The position numbers and the translations under genes are program-made. 64,000 bases of DNA from assembly GCA_964016885.1 (NCBI GenBank), contig OZ024741.1, forward strand, positions 167,400,001 to 167,464,000, in the 5' to 3' direction. This stretch comes from Eledone cirrhosa. Lineage: Eukaryota. Below the pieces are notes generated by a model. It was given only the letters and a program-made list of their open reading frames with translations. It had not been told where the DNA came from and made no database searches. Each line of letters begins with the position of its first letter. Within the stretch, counting starts at the first letter, position 1. This document shows positions 51,416 to 64,000 of this stretch, piece after piece.

Positions 51416-54400
51416 CCACATATATATACACACACCTGCCAAACAAAGGTTTGGGAGAGCCCTTCAGTTGTGTCAAAGACATAACAATCTCCCAAGTGCT
51501 AATGTCACTAAAAATGGACTTAGTAGAACACTGGATAATATGTAAGCGAGATACAGGTCCTCAGTCTATCTATGAATCAGCTGCATTCAGATCTGGATAG
51601 GGATGGTGGGCTCAGCCACATTTTAGAAATGCCCAAGTCATTATTGGCAGTATCGGTAATGTCGGATGCCATGCTTTGCAACATAGAGTTACGGCCCTTT
51701 ACTGTCTGAGTTCAAATCACGCCAAGGTTAACTATGCCTTTCATCCTTACGGGGTCGATAAAATAAAGTACCAGTAAGGCACTGGGATAATTGCTGGCCT
51801 TGTGCCAAAAGTAGATACAATATTTTGACCCTATGACTCAAACAGGAGTTAAGTGCTCTTTCCTTTATTAATATTCTAAGTAAGATTGGGTGTTCTTTTA
51901 TTTTAAGTTTCTTTTAAGAATCACAGACATTTGGCAATCTCCAGCAATCACTATACATAATCAGGCAATAAAATGTAATCACAAGTATAGAAAGGAGATG
52001 ACAAATGTGTGTGTAAAAGAAGGAGAGGTGGGCAAAGCGAACGAGAGTGAAGAAGAGGAAGAGAGAGAGGGGGAAGAGAGACAGAAAGGGGGAAGAGAGA
52101 CAAGAATTATTCTTATGAAAAATATTGCTTATCCTCAACTGATGAGTGAAATATTTCGTTTTAGTAGTTTCTTTCATTTGACCCTTTAGCATATACATTA
52201 CTTTATATTTACTATTGTGTTTGTAGTAAAGGATCTATCTTACATAATTATCTCACATAATATCAAATCTTCGAGATTTTGATGTTATTTATTTTGACAA
52301 TAATACCTTAACATCAGTATGAGTGGCTGGTTACGGCTGGCTTAAACAGAAAGAGGTGAGAGAATTCTGGCCAGATATGGCTAGTTAAAATACTAAAGGG
52401 TTAAATCTATTTGATTTATTTTGGTGTGTTGTATATATGTAATTACCTAATAAAATATTTTAAATGTCATATTGATCTTTAATACTTGATGATTGTTTCT
52501 AATTATACCGTGGAATTTCCATGGAGTCAGCTTGTTTGTTTTAAAGTGTTCATGTCATCATCATCACCGGTTAATGTCCATTTTTCCACATAAGCATAGA
52601 TTAGACAAGTTGTCCCATTGTAAGACAAGCCAGATCAGATGACCATGTCTTACTCATACAGAATTATTTCTTGTTTGGTTTCTGGGCACTTTTTGTCATG
52701 TCACCAACACAACCAATTTAAGTGTAGACTGAGTGCTTTTTTTGTGGAATAATTTTAACTTTTCACCATAATTTTATGTTAGAAAATTTTGTTATGTGGT
52801 GTCAAACAAAAGCTATAGAATAAAAAAAATTAGTTATTTTAATAAATTCCTCAATATTCTTGATTATTTTCAAAGTTAGCTGAAAATCTCAGGCAATATA
52901 CCTCATTAGAAATATGGTAATGAAAGGATTAAAAGAGACTTAAAGCAAAAGAATGCTGAAAGATTGCATTTTTTGCCAATTTTTTCTTTTCATTCTACGT
53001 TTTGATGTTCCCTTCTTCTTGCAGGTTTCTTTATGAAAACATGGTTTATTGAAGTGACAAGATGTTTTGTTCCCCACTACACCTATATCACCATTCTCGA
53101 TGACATTTCACTGGAACACTGTTCTTACAAGTGTCTTCTCATGTACGGATGCAAGTCATTTGAGTATGCGAAAGAGAGACGCCAATGTTTCCTCTCTCCC
53201 TTTAATGCCCAGACATACAAGGCCAGATACAGCTTTGATCGAGACTACTACCAGATGATAAAGCGTATGTATATTAGGATTAACTCTTTTATAACGATTT
53301 TTCTAAACTTAAGAATTTCTCACTAGTTTAACCCTTTAGCATTTACATTACTCTATATTTACTATTGTATTTTCATGGTAAATTTACCTCACATAATCAT
53401 TTCACATAATATTGAATCTGTGAGATTTTGATATTATTTATTTTGAGAAAAAAACCTTAACATAAGTATGAGTGGCCAGTTATGGCTGGTTTGAACAGAA
53501 AGAAGTGAGAGAATTCTGGTCGGATATGGTCAGTTTAAATGCTAAAGGATTAAGCATGGCAGTTATTGTAATTAGTTTCATATATGCTGCATCTGTGTAT
53601 TAATTTTTAGTTTACTTTCTGATATTAGTAAAGTCTGCATAATCGTTCACTTTGTTTTGTTTAGAATTTTATATCAAAAATCCATGATTTCTCACCACTC
53701 CATCATCATTTACTACCACTACTAAGCATCTGATAAATACGCCATTAATATGACCATTCTGATTCTAAAGATGGAACCACGAAGGCCTCAAAACATTAAT
53801 ATACTTATGGATTTAGGAACTTTACTGTTCCAAACTAAACATCAAGAACTAATAAGGAAATATGAAAGTATTTTAATGAAATTATCTAACTGAAGCACAG
53901 TCATATTTTCAATATAACATGTTTGAAAGGAAAGCTGCTCTCTACTTATACAACTATATATATGTGTGTGTGTGTGTGCATGTTGTGAGTGTGTGTGTGT
54001 GTAAAACATAGGATTGTCATGGATGAAATGTCTTTGATCATTGGAATGTCAGTCATTTCAGGGTTGACCTAAATCTAAACAACAACCTTTGAGTAACTAT
54101 CCTCTCAGAGTTGCTTCTTTTGATTGGATTTTGTTATTCTTTTTTAACTGTCATCATCATTCTCAGCAGTGCTAGCTTCGTCTTCTTTATAATCATTATC
54201 AACATGATTTGAAATTTTCATTTTATTAGAAGAGTCATTTCAGCCATTTAAAAACACAAAAACTGTTAAATTCACTTTGCATTTATCATTTATTGCTTGG
54301 AGTCAACATTTTCGTCACACTATTTGCGATCTCGTCACTGATAGTTTCCACAGAGCAATGAAAATGTTGATACCAAAATATAAATGATAAATATAGAGGC

Positions 54401-57400
54401 ATGTTAGCCATTTGGTCATTTTGGGCAATGTCCAATGGTCTGCTGGACTGTATTAAAGTAAAAATAGCTAATAAAGTGTCATGAAAAACTTCATAAAGTT
54501 AGAAACAAAAATTGAAAATACCTTAGCTAAGCAATGAAAACACACCCCTAGCCCTCACAATCTATTAGTCAGTGTCAACTTGATTGAACAGTGAAAACAC
54601 ACCTCTGGCTGTCATCAGTCAGCAGTCTTTTATTTGTTTTTACAGAGATGAGAAGTGAAAACACACTTCTGGCTCTCAGCAGTCAGCTGTCTGTTAGTCA
54701 GTATCACTTAGTTTGAAGATCCTGTTTGCTTCTGATTAAATGTAAAGTGAAGTTAATGATTTTTGTGTGCTTTTCAATGGCTAAAATGACTCTTCCATGC
54801 TGTTCTTTTTTTAGTTTCAACACAGTCACAGATCAAGTTATTTGCCAGACAAATACAACTGTAGCTAAAATGGCTCTTCCACATTGTAAATGCCTTAATT
54901 TCAACACATGGTCTCAGATTTAGTTACCTGCCAAACAGTTTCAATGCACAGTGTCAAATCAAGTGTTTGCCAGAAAAGTACAATTCTGCCATTTTATTCT
55001 TGTGTTTTTATTTATTATTCCAGCTAATGATGAATTTGTTAAGATACTCGGAGTATCAATTAGAGGCCATGACCTCATGAGAATACGTAACATTGATGTG
55101 GAAGACTGTCTTCATAAATGCAAGAATTTGCCAGAATGTTCCATGGTAGAATACAAAAAAGAACAGGCCAAATGTGATTTATCCAATGTCACTTACTCTA
55201 CATACCCACTCAGTGTGAATGCCTTTGGATGGGACTTCTACCAGAAAAACCCGGGTATGTTGTTAAAAGTATACTTAATTTTATTATTCCAAAGCAAGGT
55301 ATTAACCTGCCTGAAACCACTCTGAGTTTGATACAGAACTGCCCATTTTAGAGTGTTCATACTTGTTTAAAACTTTCCATCGTAATTGTATTAAGAATGT
55401 TTTGTTCAGCAATGTTCAAAACCATAGCTTAATAATAATTGTTTCTACTTTTGGCACAAGGCCAGCAACTATCCCAGTGCATTACTGGTACTTTATTTTA
55501 TTGACCCTGTAAGGATGTAAGGCAAAGTTAACCTCGACAGGATTTGAACTCAGACCATAAAGAGTTGTAACTCTTTACTGCAATGCATGGCATCAGACCC
55601 TCTACCGATACTGCCAACCCCCCGCCCTAAACCATAGCTTAATAATAATTGTTTCTACCTTTGGCACAAGGCCAGCAATTAATCCAGTGTATTACTGGTA
55701 CTTTATTTTATTGACCCTGTAAGGATGAAAGGCAAAGTTAACCTCGACAGGATTTGAACTCAGACCGTAAAGGGACGTAACTATGCTGGAAAGCATGGTG
55801 TCCGACCCTCTACCGATACTGCCAACCCATTAATAATAATGATTTCTGATTTAGGCACAAGGCCAACAATTTTGGGAAAGAGCAAAGTCGATCGAATAGA
55901 TTGCAGTGCATTACTGGTGCTTTGTTTTATCAATCCCATAATAATTTTGGGGGAGGGGAAGATAATGATTTCTACTATAGGCAAAAGGGGAGGAGAAAGT
56001 TGATTAAATCAACTCCAGTAGTGGTTTATTTTATCAACCCCGTCAAGATGAAAGGCAAAGTTAACCGTGGTGGGATTTGACCCAGAACGTAAAGGGCCAT
56101 AACTCTATGCTATAAAGTATGGTGTCTGTTGCTTTACCGATACTTCCAATTCACTGCCAATTACTAGCTTACTATTAATAAAGTTAGTTATTTTATTAAA
56201 TCCCTTCAAATTTTTGATTATTTTCAAAATTAATAGAAACACATAAGTAGTGTCTTTCATTAGAAATATGGTAACAAAAGGGTTAAAATGTATGTTGTCG
56301 TATTCAAATGGATTTTCTTATGAACTTTTTCCAGTTTATTGCAACTTGAAATGTGGACCTAGGGAATGGTGCCAGGTTAAGAACTCCCAGCAAAAGTGTG
56401 TTTGTTATCCAGGGTGTGTGAAACTACCCTCAGGAAATGGATGTTATGGTAAGATATGAGCTTGTTCATGATGTTGCTGCTGTCAGCTTTTTATTTCTAT
56501 TTTCGTTTTTTATATTGCAACACTTGATCACATACACAAAGCACACACATATATGACTGCACATACACACACACACACACACAGGCACACAACATACAAA
56601 CATCCCGTAAACACACACAAATACATGTAAACACAAACACAGGCACCCACACATACAGTGGATACATATACACAAACACACATATACAAACATACACACA
56701 CACACAAATACACATACAGATACTCGTGCATATATATAAAATTCGTTTGTGGCTTGATGGTTAGGAAGTTTACTTCACAATCCTGAGCTTCAGGGTTGAG
56801 TTCTGTCCCACTGCATGTCATCTTGGGCAGGTGCCTTTTACCATAGCATTGGGTAGACCCAAGTATTTTCAGTGAAATTGGATAGACAGACATTGTATGT
56901 AAGCTGCTCTATATCTGTAAAATAAATTAGGAACCTTGTTACATCATTTCACACATATTCCACATGAGAATTACATTAACCCTTTAGCATTTAAACTGGC
57001 CATATCCGGCCAGAATTCTCTCACCTCTCTCTGTTCAAACTGGCCATAACTGGCCGAAGTTATTGTTCTCAAAATAAATAACATCAAAATCTCATAGATT
57101 CGATAATTACGTGAGTGAAGCCTTTACCACAAAAATACAATAGTATATATATAGAATAATGTAAATGCTAAAGGGTTAAAGGTTCATTTATCTGTGGAAT
57201 ATTCAATCACTTTACACAATTGTAGAGTGTTCAGTTAGTCAAATAACTGGAAGCTCATATGTCCTCTACAATGAAGTCATCATCATCATTATAATCATTT
57301 TATGTTATATAAAATGAGCTTCTGCAGTTTACATCTCCCAAATGTTATTCACATGACATTTGTCAACCCATGGCTAATGTAGAAAACCCATGCTTAAAGT

Positions 57401-60400
57401 GCTGCACCACGAGACTGAACCAGGACTATGTGATTGTAATGTGTAATCTTTAACCACACAGAAGTACCTGCACCTAAAATATGTATTCTAAAGAGCAAAA
57501 TTGGGATTGCCTGATATCTGTTTGTGACCTGAGAGTGAAAGTATGACTGAAAAGATTTTTAAAATATAACCTTAACTATGAATATATAAATAAATTGTGA
57601 AGTCTGACTTGCTTGTTTGAAATGTCAACTGATGATACAGAGGTCACCTAGTTTAATAAAACAGAAAAGAGGGGAAAAAATGGAGAAAATGTACTTTACT
57701 ATATATGCCTCCTTATCATCTGTCCAATGTGACAGGAGTAATTTTTTCATGTTTTTTTCTCACTGTCATACCTGAAATTTAAACTCTACTGGCCTTGGCC
57801 TCCTTATGACAGATGAGCTTTTAACTGCCTTGAACTTTATATTATTCATGTTGTACTGATATTTATAATGTAATAGATGAGTGGAATATAGCTCAGGGAG
57901 AGGAAGACAAACAATGATTTGCAGAAGAACATAGGAATAGAGCCAGTGATAAATGTTGTAAAAAGAAATGGAATGAAATTGTTGGGTCATGTGTTGCAAA
58001 AGATGAAAAAGTAACTCAGTGTTGGGGATAGAACCAGTGATGAATGTTGTGGAGAAAAATGAAATGATATGGTTGGGTCAGGTGTTGAGAAACGATGACA
58101 ATAACTGGGTGAGAGGGCTGATTGACATAGAGCCAGTGATAAATATTGCATATTTATATACAAACACACGGTGTATCATTATGGCACTGCATTTCCTATA
58201 TCAATTATGTTGTAACATTAATAAGTTCACTTTCCAATCACAAGCTCCTGGGTTCTAACCCTATATTTTTGACTGTAAATACATTTAATCCTGTGTGTCA
58301 TTTGTATGTACATGGCGAACATTTATATAATTATATCCTAGAAACAAATTATTAAAACATAATTTTCAACTTTAATCACTTCCACATATCAGTAATTAAC
58401 ATAAGCTATAGGGTTTCAATTATGCAAACCTTGATTTAATCAAAATGCAAATTTCCCAGTTTGTATGTTTGTTCATATATCCAGTAGTCTTGGTATATAT
58501 GGTACACCAATCATAGATGCCAAAAATTAAATAGATTCAATGCTATTGTCATCATTATTGACAGTACTGGTTCACTACTACTAATATAACAATCAACATT
58601 TTTTTGTTACAGAGAAACCAATATATAAAGGCAAAACATGTAAATGTTCAGCATCTGGGGATCCTCATTACCGGACTTTTGATGGCCAGTTGATCCACTT
58701 CATGGGAACTTGTAAATACACTTTGGCACAATCTCTGCATTCTGAAGGTGTTGAATTCTTCAAAGTTGAAGTGAAGAATGAAAACAGGGGTAACTCAAAA
58801 GTCTCCTATACCCGAATGGTTGACATTATTCTGGAGGGCGCTGTCATCCGTATTTTGCCAGGACGTAAAATAAGAGTGAGTTGATTTAAACATTCTTTCA
58901 GTCATGTTTGACTTTATTGTTAAGTGTTATTTGTTTCTAAGTCATGTGACTTAGGGGTTATGGTATTTGGCTCATGATCATAACATCATAACTTTGATTC
59001 CCAATGGTGCATTGTGTCCTTCAGCAAGACACTTTATTTTATATTGCTCTAGTATACTCAGCTTAGAACTATGTTAACAACAGTACACATGTCTGGAGAT
59101 TACTTGGTATTGTGCACATTAATTACATGAGCAGGCTGTTCCATTTTTTTAACAACTCGAGCACTTATCAGAACTGATGGAGGTCCAATGATATGTTTTT
59201 GTTTGTAAATGGCTGCTGGGTTTGTGAAACCAGCAGAGCTCTAGATCATCATCATCATCACTTTTATGTCCATTTTTTCCATGCTTGCATGAGTTAGATG
59301 GGTCCTTCTCAGCACAGCATCTCTCCACACACTGCATTACTTCATCATCTCCTCTGTCAGTTTCAATGATTTGAGGTCAGCTCTCACTACCTCTGCCCAA
59401 ATAATAAATAAATAAATAAAATCAATACTTTACTATATTTAGTTACAACCCCAAAATATTCTGAGTTCTGATTTTGCTCTTCATATATTAGTGAAGGTGA
59501 ATAGTTTAGTGGGTAGGATGTTGGGCCCATGATTTAACCCTTTAGCATTTAAACCGGCCATATCCAGCCAGAATTCTCTCACCTCTTTCTGTTCAAACCA
59601 GCCGTAACTGGCCACTCATACTGATGTTAAGGTATTGTTCTCAAAATAAATAATATCAAAATCTCATAGATTTGATATTATGTGAGATATTATGTGACAT
59701 AAAACCTTTACCACAAAAATACAATAGTATATATAGAGTAATGTAAATGTTAAAGTGTTAAGCATGTGAGTTCAATTCTTAGATTAGGCAATGTGTTGAG
59801 TCCTTGAGCAAGAGACTTTATTTCATGTTGCTCCAATTCACTCAGTTGGAAAAAAGGAGTTGTGATATCACTGTTCCAAGCTGTATCAGCCTTTGCCTTT
59901 CCCTTGCACAACATCCATGGCATGGACAGAGGAACTTTCCAGGTGCAAACTCATGGTCAGTCATAACTGAAGAGAATCATTCAATGGTCTATAAAATAAA
60001 CACCAGTCATATACTGGGACTGTTTCAGTTGGTTACAGTCTCTTTGTGGCCATCTAGTTAAAAAGTTAAAAACACCTGAGAAACCTCCTGTGAGATGAAG
60101 CCTTGTAGGAAGTCAGGTAAACTAACATAAGTGTGGGCTGTAACAACATGATATATAGAGAGAAAGAGATGTTAGGTAGAGAGGGCTCTATAGTTGAGTC
60201 AATAACCGACAACCTCTCATGTGCTGGTGCCATGATAAATGCACCTTTTACACTGTAATGTGGTTGGCAATAGAAAGGGCATTCTGTTGTAGATACCATG
60301 CCAAAACAGGTCTATAGCACAACTTCTCTAGTATTGGTAGTCTACATGAGAATCACCTTCAGTACACTCTGTAATATGGATGATGATAGGAAAGGCATCC

Positions 60401-63393
60401 AACTATAAAAAACGTGTGCAATAAAGGGTTGTGAGAACTCTTCAGCTTTGTCAACGACATGACAACCTCTTTTGTGCTAGTGCCATGATAAAATGCACAC
60501 AGTAGTATACAGGAATGTATGTAAATGAGATGCCACCCATGACCCATCTGAGCACTGAGTAGAGAATGGGAATATATTTGAGATTCAGGCCTCGTGGTCC
60601 ATCTGAGAAGTCAGTAGCTCTGCTTAGTCTTTGAAGATCTGTCCAACTCTTGCTAGCAGGGAAACCAGATTTTAAATGATTATGATGCGGATATACTTGA
60701 TAGGACTGAAACCCTTATTATTAAAACACCTGAAAAATCTCCTATGGAATGTAACTTTGTAGGAGTCTACATACGTGTGAGCTGTATCTCTTCTTTTTTC
60801 ATTTCTATATAAATAAATTATTACTTGAACTATTGATCTCTTTTGTTTACTGATTATAAATGGTTTTCAATTTCTTCAGGTCAATAAACTCGAGCTAGAG
60901 GCACCAGTCATAAACAAGGCTTACACCATCAAACTTTCCAATGGCTGGATACATGTAGAGACCAGCTTCAATCTGCATGTCTCGTTCGATGGAAAGCACA
61001 GAGTAAGAGTTAGTGTACCCCGAAATACATTTGGAGGACGGCTAACAGGAATATGTGGTGACTGCAATGGACATAGAGATGATATGAGAACCAGCAATGG
61101 CACTATTGTGGTAAAGGAGAAGAACAAGTTTTCCCTCATTGGAGAGAGCTATCGTGTGAAAGATGACTCAGATAGACCTCAGGCCAGGTAAATTGTAGGC
61201 TGTTAGTTAAGAGGTCAGCTAAAAGTTTCTATGCACACACATACACACAAACATTCATATATACACACATATACAAGCATATACACTTACATACATATAC
61301 ATACACATACATATACATGCACATACACACATACATACATATATATACATATATACACACACATAAATACATATATCTATATATACATACATATGTTGAT
61401 ACCACAATAAAATGCATCCAGTACATTTTATAAGTATTATTAGTGCTAGTTCCATAATAAAAGGAACCCCAGTATAATCTGTAAAGAATCAGAGGCAGTT
61501 TCAGAGATTTCAGTAGCAAAAGTGTTAAACTAGTGTTTGGATCATAACATAATAAAGGTTTTTACATAAAAGTATGGTGGAAAGTTTATAGATAATTATA
61601 AATACTTTAAAATATACAACTTTATACCATAGATCCAAGGATAGTTTCAGGCAGTTTGGTATCAATAGTATAAAGTTGATGTTTGGAACATGACTTTAAA
61701 AAGTTTTTTACATAAAAATTTGATGGCAGTTTTTAAATATGAACAACCTTGTATCATAGAACCTTGAGCAGATTCAGACAATTTAGTATCAAAAGTGATA
61801 ACATTACATATCTAATAGAGCATGCTTGATTCAATAACTATTGATATATACCTATTGACATTATTCAGATGTGAAGAAATCGAACCTCATGATCTATGTA
61901 AAGAAAATGGACTATCAAACTGTGAGATTATCCGAAATCCAAAAGGAATGTTTGGCAAATGTATTGAAAAGCTAGGAGCAATGGATGTCGAGGAATTCTT
62001 TGAATCTTGTGTGTTTGATTATTGTTACTATGCCAACTCCACAGAAATAAAGGGAATCGTATGTGCAGCTTTGGAAAGTTTTGCTGCTGAATGTGAAACT
62101 GTTGGTATTGTTTATAACTGGAGATTTATGACCAATTGTCGTAAGTTGCAACTAGAAATTCCATATTATTTTATCTTATTCATTTATTTTAGCAACAGAA
62201 TATCATATTGACATATATGTTTATATGTATGTATGTGTTTTAACAGTTTGACTTATTTAACCAAACAGTTTCATAGACATGTTGAACTCCTCAGATGTTT
62301 TTGAATAATTATCTGAAGTAGTTAGACATGTTTAAGTCCACAAAATTGCTTCATAGTATATAAAATCTCAAACTGTTAATATATTCTCAACTTCAACATT
62401 ATATGTTGAATGCACTTCCTTTTCATTTGTACCCCCATATATCATCATCATCATCATAATTACCGTTTTACGTTCATTCTTCCACGCTAGCATGGGTTAG
62501 ACAGGTTGTCAGCATGGGTTACACAGATGTGATTTATACATTTGCATATATACACATATATATAAATATAAAAAATATATATTTCTTGTAGCCATGAAAT
62601 GTGGTCCCAACATGGATTACGAGCCTAAGACTAGTGGCTGTCAACCAACCTGTGTGAACAGAAACTCAGTTGACAACTGCTCAAGAAAGGATATCGAAGG
62701 ATGCGTATGTCAGAGAGGTTTTGTACTCAGTGGAGAAGATTGCATTACACCTCGAGATTGTGGTTGTGTTCATGATGGACGTTACATTAAGGCAGGCATA
62801 CCTCCTCCATTTCTCTATATCTCTCACTCACATGCTCTATCTTTGTCTTTCTTTTCCACATTGCTTTCTCTTTGTCTGCGCACTCCCTCTGTCTCTCTGT
62901 CTCTCACTCACTCTACCTATGTATCTTTCTCTTTCACTCTCGTTTGTCTTTTCCACTTTGCTCTCCTGTCCTCCTTTTACACACTCACTCTATCTATCTA
63001 TCTCCTCACTCTCTCTGTTTATCTATCTGTTTATCTTTACATGAATAAATAAATTGGTGCTCCCCTTTCATTTACTTGATGTGTTTTCTTCGTCCTCATA
63101 TTGTCCCTAACATTGTCAGCCCATGTAGCCAGTATAACATTCATTATTGTTGTTGTAATCATCATTATTTCATCTCTCTTTCATTCAGTTGGGCAGTAGT
63201 CTGACTTTAGCTGGTTGCACCCAGATAGCCGTGTGTGAAAAAGATGGAACAGCTAGAGGTCAACTGAAGATTGTTGATATTGAAAGCTGTGTGGTTAATT
63301 CACAGTGCATCACTCGGGATGGAGTCTGGCAGTGTGTTTGCAATAAAGGGTTTGCATTCAATGACAACAAGACCAAATGTGAGAAGGTTCCTG
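48205..63393 (+). CDS. Same gene, copy 2; exons 1-10 visible, VWA exons expected beyond the window
   Basis: join(48205-48262,49649-49729,53025-53264,55024-55254,56335-56448,58613-58875,60880-61187,61869-62140,62592-62791,63189-63393). Same exon lengths and splice sites as copy 1, open frame, 7 amino-acid differences seen. Confidence 0.88.
50951..51286 (+). mobile_element. RTE-like LINE 3' end with (TCTGAG)n tail, in intron 2 of copy 2 only
   Basis: Encodes [10 protein letters not shown]...[13 protein letters not shown]...DRTRW. Target-site duplication atacttata at 50941-50949 and 51287-51295. Empty site at ~16209-16218. Confidence 0.9.
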
Positions 63394-64000
63394 GTAAGGA
63401 AAAAATGCTATTTGTATTTCATGGTGTCACCAGAGATGTAGTCACATCATTCACATACATAATTTACTTATCACTTTTTTAATCTCAATATTCTTAACAC
63501 TTAATGTCCTGCACCACATGAAATCATATTAGCAAAACATTCTTGAAAAGTACAAAACAGCACAATGACTGCTTCACATTAAATAATATAGTCTTTACTC
63601 TAATACTGCACATTATCACTATGATCTGTCCACTAGTAAATATACTATAAACATTTGAATTAACAAACCACATGAAACCACATTAGTAAGACATTCTTGA
63701 AAAGTACAAAACAGCACTAAGACTGCATCACATTTACAGCAGTTGTTGCTGGCCATTGGCTGCGGGAATCCTTTTGCAGTCTTGTCTGTGGTGTGCAGTC
63801 CTCCGCCGCTGCACCCTAGGCCCAGAGCCCAATCATACTCCCTCTCCCTCCCATTCTTCTGTGACATTAGGGTCCTTGCCATTACCTCCCCTTCCCGTTT
63901 TCTTTATTTATGTAAATACCATATCTTTAGTTGCTATATTATAAACTATTCATTTTAATAGTGAAGTCTTTACATTTTGATTTTTAAATTAAAGTCTTTA

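Larger units (their letters stand above)
35856..64000 (+). repeat. Tandem segmental duplication, copy 2 (cut by window end)
   Basis: Colinear near-identical copy of 1..~30475 with copy-specific indels. Confidence 0.95.

Overview
AT-rich, microsatellite-dense animal genomic DNA. The repeat content suggests a mollusc, probably a cephalopod/Octopus (inference only). The window is a head-to-tail duplication: position 1 recurs at ~35856, and copy 2 runs off the right edge. Each unit carries a + strand gene that I spliced by hand into 12 coding exons (copy 1 complete at 13800-32313, 2532 nt, 843 aa; copy 2 shows exons 1-10). It encodes a secreted modular protein: signal peptide, furin site RQRR, PAN, PAN, EGF-like, VWD with GDPH, C8, TIL, TILa/EGF-like and VWA with an intact MIDAS. 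Intron 9 appears to be GC-AG. The spacer between the genes is a transposon graveyard: an RTE LINE, a Helitron Rep fragment, a Naiad-like Penelope element, SINEs and a 27-bp GC-rich array. The least obvious signal is a set of minus-strand minimal type I hammerhead ribozyme motifs in several unrelated repeat families. They occur in ~421-bp tandem units and next to perfect palindromes and (TA)n tracts, and three families share a U.U pair at the base of stem II. The two copies differ by copy-specific LINE insertions and deletions. All calls come from reading the sequence by eye; no database searches were run.
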